Below are positions 38,642 to 47,132 of a stretch of 64,000 bases of DNA, one piece after another. Below the pieces are notes generated by a model that saw nothing but the letters and a program-made list of their open reading frames with translations, was not told the DNA's origin and made no database searches. Made by a program: the position numbers and the translations under genes. The stretch comes from Candidatus Heimdallarchaeota archaeon. GTDB lineage: Archaea > Asgardarchaeota > Heimdallarchaeia > Heimdallarchaeales > Heimdallarchaeaceae. The stretch is taken from the NCBI GenBank assembly GCA_019057375.1, contig DXJF01000114.1:1-64000 (forward strand), in the 5' to 3' direction. Every line of letters starts with the position of its first letter. Position 1 is the first letter of the stretch.

Positions 38642-40594
38642 TTGTGGATATTGTTACTGAGTGAATTGGTCACACAAGCAACAAGTAAAACTCAAACAAT
38701 TATGTCTCCCTCGTCAAAGGGAGTGATGAGAAGTTATCAGGTGGTGCTCAAGTGTATAGACCAATCCCAAAGAGAAGAGATTAACCAGAGAATAAAAACA
38801 TTAGAAGAACAACAAAATCAGCTACTCACCCCTCAAGTTGTCAAGCAAGCAGTAGAACTCTATAGAACCAATCCCAAAGAAGGATTTTTCACACGCCAAC
38901 TCTGCAAAAAAGTAGGGAAAAGTCCAAATATTGCAGAAAGTGCTTTCCACTGGTTATACATAGCTATCAAAGGAAAGATAGATAAGGAGAAGAAAGTGGA
39001 AGGGTTATTGAGCTTTCTTTTGAAAAATCCTCAACAGCTGATAGAATGGCTGATTTTTGGTCGTTCCCCTTATACTGAGCGAAGTTTAGAAAACTATTGG
39101 AGACTAAAAAGAAAATATATCATTAACCTCCTCACCAGTACTAGATCCAAAACTGATTCCTATTGGAGAAAAAAACACAAACACAACTATTTTGCTGACT
39201 TCCTACAATTCAACGACTCCCTTCCTTTTACGTCACAAACTGATATCCTCCAAGCTCTTGATGATGCGCTGTTTTACTACAATCATGAATTTTCTCTCAT
39301 CCCACAGCTTACCAAAAATCAGAAAGCATTTCTGAAAAAACTCCAACTCTTAAAGAAGGAACAAAAAACTGTAGTACCTTTTCTCACTTCATGGATCAAA
39401 GGTCCTCAAACTTCTCGATGGAAAAGTCTCAAAACTCTCTCCGAACAACTAGCTTCAATTATAGGCAAACCTTCTCGAAAACTCTTTTCAGTAGTTAGAC
39501 TGATAATTGTTTTCACACTCTTTGATCATTACATGCAGAGTGTCCCTCAGTTAGTTAAGGCTCTCCCTATTGCTAATGTTGTTCCCCTACCATTTAAACG
39601 AAAAAAGAAAGGAAGATTACCAATCAAATTGCTAATGAAGAAAAACTATGTTATCACCCGTCAAGGGAATGCTCAAGAATTGACTGATCAGGTAAAAAAA
39701 CAAGGATGGACGGAATTTTGTTTTCCGCAAAAGGGAAAACAGCGACTAACAGCTCAAGTTCACTTTCCTAAAAAAGTAATAGGGTATATTGGAAATGGTG
39801 CACACTTCAAAGTCTTCCAAGTAAGTAGTGGACAAGCTCCTAGTTTCAAACCTAGGGTGGATGTGGTACTCGAAGGAGCTCATGCTTGCTTCCATTCATC
39901 CAAACTTCTTCACCGTTATCTTGCTAATGTTTCTGCAAAGAAAGCTTCTATTCTTGGAGTAGATATTAACCGCTTAGGACAGTATATGGTCGTGTTTAAC
40001 ACCCCTATCCCTCTGCCTCCAGATTTACTAAACTTAGCAGCACACTATAAACATCTCAGCACAAAAGTTCTGGATGAGTTGAACACAGGTTTTCTCCGTA
40101 AAAGAAAAGAGTATGATTCCCACGGGTGTTGTAAACTTAAAGGTGAACTTGACCGTGTTTATACTCGTCGCAGCCGCATCCTTCGCGAAATCACTTATCT
40201 CCTCCCCCACTTTCTTGCTGCAGTAATGGTGAAAAAGAAGTGTAAAGTGTTAAAGATTGAACGTTTAACTGTTGATCCTACCGGCACCAGAGGAGCTTTA
40301 GCTAAAGCTATTTACACCATGCCCGATAGTTTGTTCATTTACAAAAAAGCAGTGTGGTTAGCTTCTTTGGAGTTAGGGTATGATGTGCAGTTAGAAGCAG
40401 TTCACCCATATCATACCAGCACCATTCATTACGGATGTGGAGGTCTTCTTACTCGTCAAAAAGGTCAGTATGATGTTGCTCCTTGTAAAAAGTGTGGTCA
40501 AAAGGTCCCTACTCATGCTAATGCTGCCAAAAATATTGCTTCCCTTCAAGGTATCTTTCTTCCTCCCGATTCCTTCCCCTCAACGCACGTGTAG
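38642..40594 (+). CDS. tnpB: Large TnpB/Cas12f-like RuvC protein (likely start ATG 38702, 630 aa)
   Basis: RuvC-I ILGVDIN, RuvC-II VLKIERL, HPYHTS-x-HxxC...CxxC zinc finger, RuvC-III THANAAKNI. Confidence 0.85.
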   Translation: MWILLLSELVTQATSKTQTIMSPSSKGVMRSYQVVLKCIDQSQREEINQRIKTLEEQQNQLLTPQVVKQAVELYRTNPKEGFFTRQLCKKVGKSPNIAESAFHWLYIAIKGKIDKEKKVEGLLSFLLKNPQQLIEWLIFGRSPYTERSLENYWRLKRKYIINLLTSTRSKTDSYWRKKHKHNYFADFLQFNDSLPFTSQTDILQALDDALFYYNHEFSLIPQLTKNQKAFLKKLQLLKKEQKTVVPFLTSWIKGPQTSRWKSLKTLSEQLASIIGKPSRKLFSVVRLIIVFTLFDHYMQSVPQLVKALPIANVVPLPFKRKKKGRLPIKLLMKKNYVITRQGNAQELTDQVKKQGWTEFCFPQKGKQRLTAQVHFPKKVIGYIGNGAHFKVFQVSSGQAPSFKPRVDVVLEGAHACFHSSKLLHRYLANVSAKKASILGVDINRLGQYMVVFNTPIPLPPDLLNLAAHYKHLSTKVLDELNTGFLRKRKEYDSHGCCKLKGELDRVYTRRSRILREITYLLPHFLAAVMVKKKCKVLKIERLTVDPTGTRGALAKAIYTMPDSLFIYKKAVWLASLELGYDVQLEAVHPYHTSTIHYGCGGLLTRQKGQYDVAPCKKCGQKVPTHANAAKNIASLQGIFLPPDSFPSTHV

Positions 40595-40654
40595 GGGACC
40601 CATTCAAACGACGGTTAAATAGCCTCTGCAAGTTTAACCAAGTTTCATAACGTG
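40573..40654 (+). repeat. Element right end / 3' part of omegaRNA scaffold
   Basis: 82-nt repeat shared with 8488-8569; hairpins CCCCT/AGGGG and GGTT/AGCC conserved, with changes in the loop. Confidence 0.85.
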
Positions 40655-40708
40655 CGCCGACTTCCTCCACGTCAAGGAGGTATCATAGCCAGGCTAGATC
40701 ACTGCCCC
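40655..40708 (-). pseudogene. 5' fragment of intronless tRNA-Val(GAC) (allele A), truncated in the T-stem
   Basis: GGGGCAG TG ATCT AGCCTGGCTA TGAT A CCTCC TTGACGT GGAGG AAGTC GGCG, then the element end. Confidence 0.9.
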
Positions 40709-40744
40709 CTTTTATTGATAGGTCTTTCTTCGTTCTCTTCTTTC

Positions 40745-40770
40745 TTGTTTTCTTTAAATATTTTTTGTTA
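40745..40770 (-). promoter_or_regulatory. tRNA promoter block of allele A
   Basis: Minus strand TAACAAAAAATATTTAAAGAAAACAA; homologous to 38479-38504. Confidence 0.65.
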
Positions 40771-41057
40771 CAAATCTATGTTTCACCAATATTTGATATT
40801 TCTCTCTTTTTGGTTCATTAAAATCTTCTTTTTTTTCATTCTAATTATTAATTTGGTTTCTTCTAATTTGCTCGTTTTCTTTAATATTTCCCCCTTAAGA
40901 TACCATTTTGTCAAACTTTCGTTTTTTTCCGACTCAAAATCATATTCCAATCCTTGTTTCTTTTTTCAATATCACTAGGTAACATTTATAAAAACTTCAG
41001 CAGACAATCTATCAAAGGAATAGTGTTAAACTATTCTGTCCACTCGAGTGATTTATT

Positions 41058-43673
41058 ATGGATAAAAGTGTAGCAATGTCTTTAAAAATCGTTGGTTTTC
41101 TCCTTATTCTTACTTCTGCCTGGGTACCTATATATACAATTACATTTGATTCTACAACAACTGAACCTGAACCAATTATTCTTGTTGGTTCTCAGAGCAT
41201 TACTGGAGTCCTTCATAATGTATATTACGAAAATAATCTAGCATTTGTAGTAGATTCAGATACAGGGTTAAATATTGTAAATGTAACTGATGCAACAACA
41301 CCTGAGATTATTGGGACATACAATATTGCAAATGGGGCCAATGGTATATTCGTGAAGGATAACTATGCTTACATTGCAGATACGGTCACAGGATTACAGA
41401 TTGTTAATATTACTGACCCTACTTCACCAACACAAGTTGGTACATATAGTATTACAGGAGGGGCCACTGATGTATTTGTATCAGGAAATTATACTTACAT
41501 TGTAGATTCAACAATAGGGTTTCAAATACTAAATATTAGTGACCCAACAACACCAACACAAGAGGGTGTATTTAGTATTTCAGGGGAAATAAACAGTTTA
41601 ATTGTAAAAGATGAATTCGCATATATTGTAGATTCAGTAACTGGTTTACGTATTCTAAATATTACTGACGCAACTTTACCAAGCTTGGTTGCAACCTTCG
41701 ATGTAAACGAACCAGTATATGATGTAGCTGTTTTAGGAAGTTATGCTTACATTGTTGGTGAAAATATTGGCATACAAGTAGTAAATATAAGTAATCCTCA
41801 ATCTCCCGTTCTCACTAGTTCTTATTATATTGAAGGAAATGTCAATGGAATACATATTGAAAATGAACATGCATATATTGTTGATTCGACTGTTGGAATA
41901 CAAATTGTTTCAATTATAAATCCAGAAGAATTAACTATTGTAGGCTCACAGGAAATTACAGGAGAGATATATGGAATATTCGTAAAAGATGGATATGCAT
42001 ATGTTGTAGGATCAGATCTAGAAATCTTTATAGTAAGACCCAGATCTGAGTATGATTCATCAGGTACACTAGTACGAATCTTCGGTTTCAAAATCGATTA
42101 TAAAATGTTAACTTACAGTAGTGCAAACAACCTCGCTCAAGAACGATTCTTGGAAGCAGAAACACCCAGTAGTGTTGTTATTCTTGCTGCAGCTTTGTGG
42201 TTTATACTAATCTTTGCTACAGCTGCTGTTGTTTTGGGTCAGGTTTTTCAAAGTGGTGGTTTCAAATCGAGGGGCACTATTGCAGATATTGCTGCAGGAA
42301 TTCTTTTACTTTTGGCTCTGGTAGTTGCTATTTTATCAATGAGCAGATCAATGATTATAGCAGCAGAAAGATACCAAGCTTTAGTAACGGGACAAACTGC
42401 AGCCTCAACGGTGCCTCTTACGTTTAACCCGAATGATTCTACACCAGCTTACTTTGACATTGGTTTAACAGGTTCAGTTGGACCAGGATTCTACATATTC
42501 ACCATTGGAATATTAATGATGGTAACTGGTATCTTTCTACCAGTCAATTGGCAACAACCAACCAGCTCCAAAATGTCAAGAAGAATTGGTGATACTGGTG
42601 TTCTTAGATGGGTTAAAAACATAGCATCATTAAGATTAACTACTTATGTTACTAGAAGATTATTAACACTTATTCCTCTCTTCATTGCAATATGTGTGAT
42701 GACATTTGTAATGGTAAACGGAATGGGTGACCCAGTTGCATTATTGCTACTTGGAAAACAAAGAGTAACGGAACAAGATAGGATAAATCTTACTAAAAAA
42801 CTTGGTCTAGATCAGCCCATTTATATTCAATTCGTTACTTGGTTCTATAACCTTATACGAGGGGACATGGGTATAAGTTTCCAATCAGGTCAATCAATTA
42901 ATAATATGATTGGTGGATTAATTTGGGAAACTTTAAAGCTTCAGTTAGCATCATTTGTGCTAGCTTTGCTTATTTCGATACCTTTGGGTGTTTTAGCAGC
43001 AAAGAATCAAAATACTTGGATTGACTCAGCTGCAAGTTCTTTCGCACTCTTAGGTCTCTCAATGCCAATTTTTGTGTTTGGTTTATTAATGATTTATATA
43101 TTCAGCGGATATGGTTTAGGATGGTTCCCAGCTGCAAAAGCTCACCGAATACCAGCGCCCACGCCTGTGTTTAGTCAGACGAACTGGCAATTATTCTGGT
43201 CAGGGCAGTGGGGAGGTGTTGGTGGATTTTGGAATAATGTAGGTGTAAGATTAGGGGATTCACTCCTTCATATGGCTTTACCAACTATAACTTTGACATT
43301 TGCTTTCTTAGCCCTATATACTAGGTTAGTTAGGGCAACAATGCTTGAAGTTCTTAGACAAGATTATGTCTTATCTGCAAGAGCAAATGGAATATCTGAA
43401 AGAACCATTACATGGAGACATGCATTCAGAAATGTTTTGATCCCTGTAGTAACCTATGTTGGGTTGTTTATGGCTACAGCTTTAGCTGGAGCTCCAATTA
43501 CTGAAACACTCTTCACATGGCCGGGTTTAGGATTCAAATATGTAGGTGCGGTGCTTCTTTTGGACTTCCCGATGGTCTTAGGTACGACGGCGATTCTGAC
43601 TTTACTTATCTTACTAGGTAACTTGATAACAGATATTGCTTATGTTGCGGTAGATCCGCGTATAGAACTATGA
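41058..43673 (+). CDS. Fusion: 4-TM domain with inserted LVIVD repeats plus OppB/DppB-type ABC permease
   Basis: About six LVIVD repeats (YAYIAD..TGLQIVNITDPT.P); C-terminal GLDQPIYIQF...LARANG.SE.TI..RHAFRN...DIAY..VDPRI. Confidence 0.85.
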   Translation: MDKSVAMSLKIVGFLLILTSAWVPIYTITFDSTTTEPEPIILVGSQSITGVLHNVYYENNLAFVVDSDTGLNIVNVTDATTPEIIGTYNIANGANGIFVKDNYAYIADTVTGLQIVNITDPTSPTQVGTYSITGGATDVFVSGNYTYIVDSTIGFQILNISDPTTPTQEGVFSISGEINSLIVKDEFAYIVDSVTGLRILNITDATLPSLVATFDVNEPVYDVAVLGSYAYIVGENIGIQVVNISNPQSPVLTSSYYIEGNVNGIHIENEHAYIVDSTVGIQIVSIINPEELTIVGSQEITGEIYGIFVKDGYAYVVGSDLEIFIVRPRSEYDSSGTLVRIFGFKIDYKMLTYSSANNLAQERFLEAETPSSVVILAAALWFILIFATAAVVLGQVFQSGGFKSRGTIADIAAGILLLLALVVAILSMSRSMIIAAERYQALVTGQTAASTVPLTFNPNDSTPAYFDIGLTGSVGPGFYIFTIGILMMVTGIFLPVNWQQPTSSKMSRRIGDTGVLRWVKNIASLRLTTYVTRRLLTLIPLFIAICVMTFVMVNGMGDPVALLLLGKQRVTEQDRINLTKKLGLDQPIYIQFVTWFYNLIRGDMGISFQSGQSINNMIGGLIWETLKLQLASFVLALLISIPLGVLAAKNQNTWIDSAASSFALLGLSMPIFVFGLLMIYIFSGYGLGWFPAAKAHRIPAPTPVFSQTNWQLFWSGQWGGVGGFWNNVGVRLGDSLLHMALPTITLTFAFLALYTRLVRATMLEVLRQDYVLSARANGISERTITWRHAFRNVLIPVVTYVGLFMATALAGAPITETLFTWPGLGFKYVGAVLLLDFPMVLGTTAILTLLILLGNLITDIAYVAVDPRIEL

Positions 43674-43690
43674 TAAACAGGTGATATGAG

Positions 43691-44968
43691 TTGCAAAAAG
43701 CTAAGAAAACACAAAAAGGGTCTTTTTCTAAAAGACTTGATAATTACTTAGTGGAAAAAAGGTTACCAAGATCTATGTCTTGGGCTGGAGCACTCGCTGT
43801 GCTCTGGCAGCACTACTACCTTAACTATATCATACAATTCTTAGGGATTATCTTAATATTTGGAATTGGATTACCATATGGTCTTAGAGCATTCGGAGTT
43901 TCCATGAGTGTAGACGGTGTTCGACTAGGACCAATTGGATCTCCATTCGCATATCTTATCTATATAGGAATCGTAGCATTAGTATGGGTTGGTGTAAAGG
44001 TAGGTTGGAGATATTACCAGAAGGTAACTGGTAAGAAAGAAATGATTATTGCAAAAGATGGAACTCTTCGAGAAAGAAGTCCTTCTCAATGGACACTTGT
44101 TTGGAGAAGATATAAGAAAAACAAAGTTGCAGTCTTATCTGCTACTCTCGTAGTTGGAATCACAATTCTGGCAATTACTTATCCAATCTTGATGCCCTTT
44201 AGCCCTGTAGGAACTTCCCCCCTGTTTGATGCATGGAATGGAGGTGGTTCTTTAGCTAATCCAAATCTAAAGTATCCTGGAGGAACAGATATTCTTGGAA
44301 GAGATGAATTCTCAAGGTTACTTGCTGGTAGTGAAGTTTCCTTAACTGTAGGATTATTCTCAACTGTGATGTCTGTTCTAATAGGAGTAACATTAGGTGC
44401 CCTTGCTGGATACTATAGAGGATGGACTGAAGAAATTATTATGAGAATTACAGACATGTTTCTCGCTCTACCATTTCTTGTAATAGCAATTCTAGCAGTT
44501 TCATTCATCAGAAGAGGAAGATTAGTTTTTTTGAGACGGATACCACAATCAATAGTTATTATTATTGTACTAGGAATATTTGGTTGGGCAGGACTATGTA
44601 GGTTAGTCACAGCTAACACGAAGCAGATTTACAACTTAGATTATGTAAATGCTGCAAGAGTATTAGGAGCAAGTAATCGGAGAATCATTTTAGTCCATAT
44701 ACTACCGAATATTTTAGCTCCTATCATTGTTATTGCCACAATATCCATTGCAGGAGGAATTCTCTCAGAAGCAGGATTAACCTTTTTAGGTTTAGGAAGT
44801 CCAACAACGATTTCTTGGGGACAGATGGTTAATGAAGCACAAACGGTTCTTAAAACGAACCCAGAATTAGCGCTTCTACCAGGATTCGCAATATTCTTTG
44901 TAGTACTGGCATTCAACTTGCTAGGAGACGCATTAAGAGATGCGCTAGATCCAAGATTAAGAGAGTGA
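43691..44968 (+). CDS. oppC: Oligopeptide ABC permease OppC/DppC
   Basis: GTDILGRDEFSRL, EAA-like YVNAARVLGAS and GDALRDALDPR. Confidence 0.9.
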   Translation: MQKAKKTQKGSFSKRLDNYLVEKRLPRSMSWAGALAVLWQHYYLNYIIQFLGIILIFGIGLPYGLRAFGVSMSVDGVRLGPIGSPFAYLIYIGIVALVWVGVKVGWRYYQKVTGKKEMIIAKDGTLRERSPSQWTLVWRRYKKNKVAVLSATLVVGITILAITYPILMPFSPVGTSPLFDAWNGGGSLANPNLKYPGGTDILGRDEFSRLLAGSEVSLTVGLFSTVMSVLIGVTLGALAGYYRGWTEEIIMRITDMFLALPFLVIAILAVSFIRRGRLVFLRRIPQSIVIIIVLGIFGWAGLCRLVTANTKQIYNLDYVNAARVLGASNRRIILVHILPNILAPIIVIATISIAGGILSEAGLTFLGLGSPTTISWGQMVNEAQTVLKTNPELALLPGFAIFFVVLAFNLLGDALRDALDPRLRE

Positions 44969-44972
44969 TACA

Positions 44973-46007
44973 ATGGCACAAAATAAAAAAATACTAGACG
45001 CACGAAATATTTACACATACTTCTATACTGAGAGCGGTGTTGTTGAAGCCTTAGATGGTGTTTCCTTCGATGTTAATTATGGTGAACCTGTAGGTATTGT
45101 TGGAGAATCAGGCTGTGGTAAAACAGTCACTGCTCACTCCACTTTACGTATCTTACCTAAAAATGGTAAAACTGTTGCTGGTGATATAATCTACAAGGGT
45201 GTTAACCTTCTTGATTTACCTGATCTTCAAATGAGAAGGATACGTGGTAAAGAAATTGCTATGATTTTCCAAGATCCTATGACAAGCTTGAATCCAATTT
45301 TCAAAGTATCAGATCAGATGACTGAAGTTATTGCTTTGCATAGAAAATGCAATAAGAAAGAAGCTTTAGAGATTGCTATTGAAACTCTTGATCAAGTAGG
45401 AATTTCCGAAGCTGAAAAACGTATTACTGATTATCCTCACCAATTTAGTGGAGGAATGCGTCAGAGAATTCTCATAGCCAGAGCACTTGCTCTTCAACCC
45501 AGTCTTTTGATTGCTGATGAACCTACAACTGCTTTAGATGTTACAATTCAAGCACAGGTTCTTGAAATCATCAAAGAGATGCAAAAAAAACTAGGGTTAG
45601 CTATGATGCTCATTACTCACAATCTTGGAGTTGTTGCAGAGACTACAAAGCGAGTTCATATTTTCTATGGTGGTCGTGTCGTTGAATCTGGACCAACAGA
45701 AGAGATATTCCTTGATCCCAAACATCCATACACATATGCACTCTTTGAAAGTATTCCATCTCTGGAAAAAGACAAGACACGTCTTGAAACGATTCCTGGT
45801 AATGTACCAAGATTGATTAATCCTCCAAAGGGATGTCGTTTCCACCCGAGATGTAAATATGCAACTGAAATTTGTTCTCGTGTTCGACCTCCTGAATTTA
45901 AGTTTGGCAAGGGTCGTCGTGTTGCTTGTCATCATTTCGAGGAACTAGATTTGCATATAGATATGGAATCTATACGTGAGAGTAAGGCTATAAAGGAGGA
46001 AGCATGA
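44973..46007 (+). CDS. oppD: Oligopeptide ABC ATPase OppD/DppD
   Basis: GESGCGKT, YPHQFSGGMRQR and C-terminal GCRFHPRC. Confidence 0.93.
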   Translation: MAQNKKILDARNIYTYFYTESGVVEALDGVSFDVNYGEPVGIVGESGCGKTVTAHSTLRILPKNGKTVAGDIIYKGVNLLDLPDLQMRRIRGKEIAMIFQDPMTSLNPIFKVSDQMTEVIALHRKCNKKEALEIAIETLDQVGISEAEKRITDYPHQFSGGMRQRILIARALALQPSLLIADEPTTALDVTIQAQVLEIIKEMQKKLGLAMMLITHNLGVVAETTKRVHIFYGGRVVESGPTEEIFLDPKHPYTYALFESIPSLEKDKTRLETIPGNVPRLINPPKGCRFHPRCKYATEICSRVRPPEFKFGKGRRVACHHFEELDLHIDMESIRESKAIKEEA

Positions 46008-46008
46008 A

Positions 46009-47046
46009 ATGACAACGCTTGAAGAATATGAAACAATTGATCTCTTCTCTAATTGGGACCAAAAAACACAACCTATTATAACAATTGATAACCTAAAGAA
46101 ATGGTTTCCTGTAAGTCAACAGTCAGTCCTTTTCTCTCGAGTGGTTGCAAATATTAAGGCTGTTGATGGGGTAAACCTATTTCTTAACAAAGGTGAAACT
46201 CTGGGTCTAGTTGGTGAATCAGGCTGTGGTAAAAGTACAACAGCCAGAGTTATTGTCAAGTTAGAAAAACCTACTGAGGGTTCTATTTATTTCAAAGGAA
46301 TAGACATCTTCCAACCTATGTCTCGTGAAGAAGAACTAGCAGTTAAACGTCAATTACAGATGGTTTTCCAAGATCCTTATTCCAGTTTGAATCCAAGGAG
46401 AATGGTTCTTGATTTAATCAAAGAGCCTTTTGATATACATTATCCAGATATGCTCTATGAAGAAAAAGAATCAAGAGTCCTTGAAATTCTTGCAAAGGTA
46501 GGATTAGAAGATTACCATGCTTTAAGATATCCTCACGAATTCAGTGGTGGTCAAAGACAAAGATTAGGGATTGCAAGGGCTTTAGCAATTCACCCAGAAG
46601 TAATTTTGTTAGATGAACCAGTTTCAGCTCTTGATGTCTCTGTGCAGGCACAAATCCTGAATCTTCTACATGACTTGCAAAAGGATTTCGATCTAACTTT
46701 CATGTTTATTGCACATGATCTCAGTGTTATCAAACATGTCTCAGATAGAGTAGCAGTAATGTACCTAGGAAAAATCATGGAAATGTGTCCAACAGGAGAA
46801 TTGTTTCGTAAGACAGCTCATCCCTATTCAGTATCTTTGCTTTCAGCTATTCCTCGTCCAGATCCTCGTATAAAAATGGATCGTATAATTCTTGAGGGTG
46901 ATGTTCCAAGTGCAATTAATCCTCCTACAGGATGTCCATTTCACCCAAGATGTTACAAGGCTCAAGAGATATGCTCAAAAGTTACTCCTCAATTAGAAGA
47001 ACTAGAACCAAATCACTACGTTTCATGTCATTTTCCAGAAATTTAA
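46009..47046 (+). CDS. oppF: Oligopeptide ABC ATPase OppF/DppF
   Basis: KAVDGV, GESGCGKST, YPHEFSGGQRQR and GCPFHPRC. Confidence 0.93.
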   Translation: MTTLEEYETIDLFSNWDQKTQPIITIDNLKKWFPVSQQSVLFSRVVANIKAVDGVNLFLNKGETLGLVGESGCGKSTTARVIVKLEKPTEGSIYFKGIDIFQPMSREEELAVKRQLQMVFQDPYSSLNPRRMVLDLIKEPFDIHYPDMLYEEKESRVLEILAKVGLEDYHALRYPHEFSGGQRQRLGIARALAIHPEVILLDEPVSALDVSVQAQILNLLHDLQKDFDLTFMFIAHDLSVIKHVSDRVAVMYLGKIMEMCPTGELFRKTAHPYSVSLLSAIPRPDPRIKMDRIILEGDVPSAINPPTGCPFHPRCYKAQEICSKVTPQLEELEPNHYVSCHFPEI

Positions 47047-47132
47047 TTTGTTACTTTTTTCTTTTCTTTTTATTTTTGAATTAACTCTGAACAATAGAGA
47101 GTTTTTTAACTTTCTTAGGTAACAACCCCATA

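Larger units (their letters stand above)
36322..40654 (+). mobile_element. 4.33-kb insert in the T-arm of tRNA-Val(GAC) carrying a cargo gene, a replacement tRNA and tnpB
   Basis: Bounded by complementary halves of one tRNA that rejoin with only G53 missing; right boundary is the same end found at 8488. Confidence 0.75.

Noticed and set aside
38505-38700. Remnant of an IS607 tnpA upstream of tnpB
   Set aside because: Only short broken frames (e.g. ITEDFIEFKNHFVDIVTE) with no convincing serine-recombinase motif. The resemblance TTTGTGG... to the 8839 left end is too weak.
36322-40654. Classical integrase-encoding genomic island
   Set aside because: No tyrosine or serine integrase in the insert, and the flanks are complementary tRNA halves rather than a direct att repeat.
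40652-40978. 108-aa plus-strand ORF and a ~60-codon Lys-rich minus-strand frame
   Set aside because: The plus frame reads through the antisense tRNA fragment and a T-rich promoter. The minus frame lacks an in-frame start.
38444-40980. CRISPR array or cas genes beside the Cas12f-sized protein
   Set aside because: No regularly spaced direct repeats on either side and no cas1/2/4 in the window.
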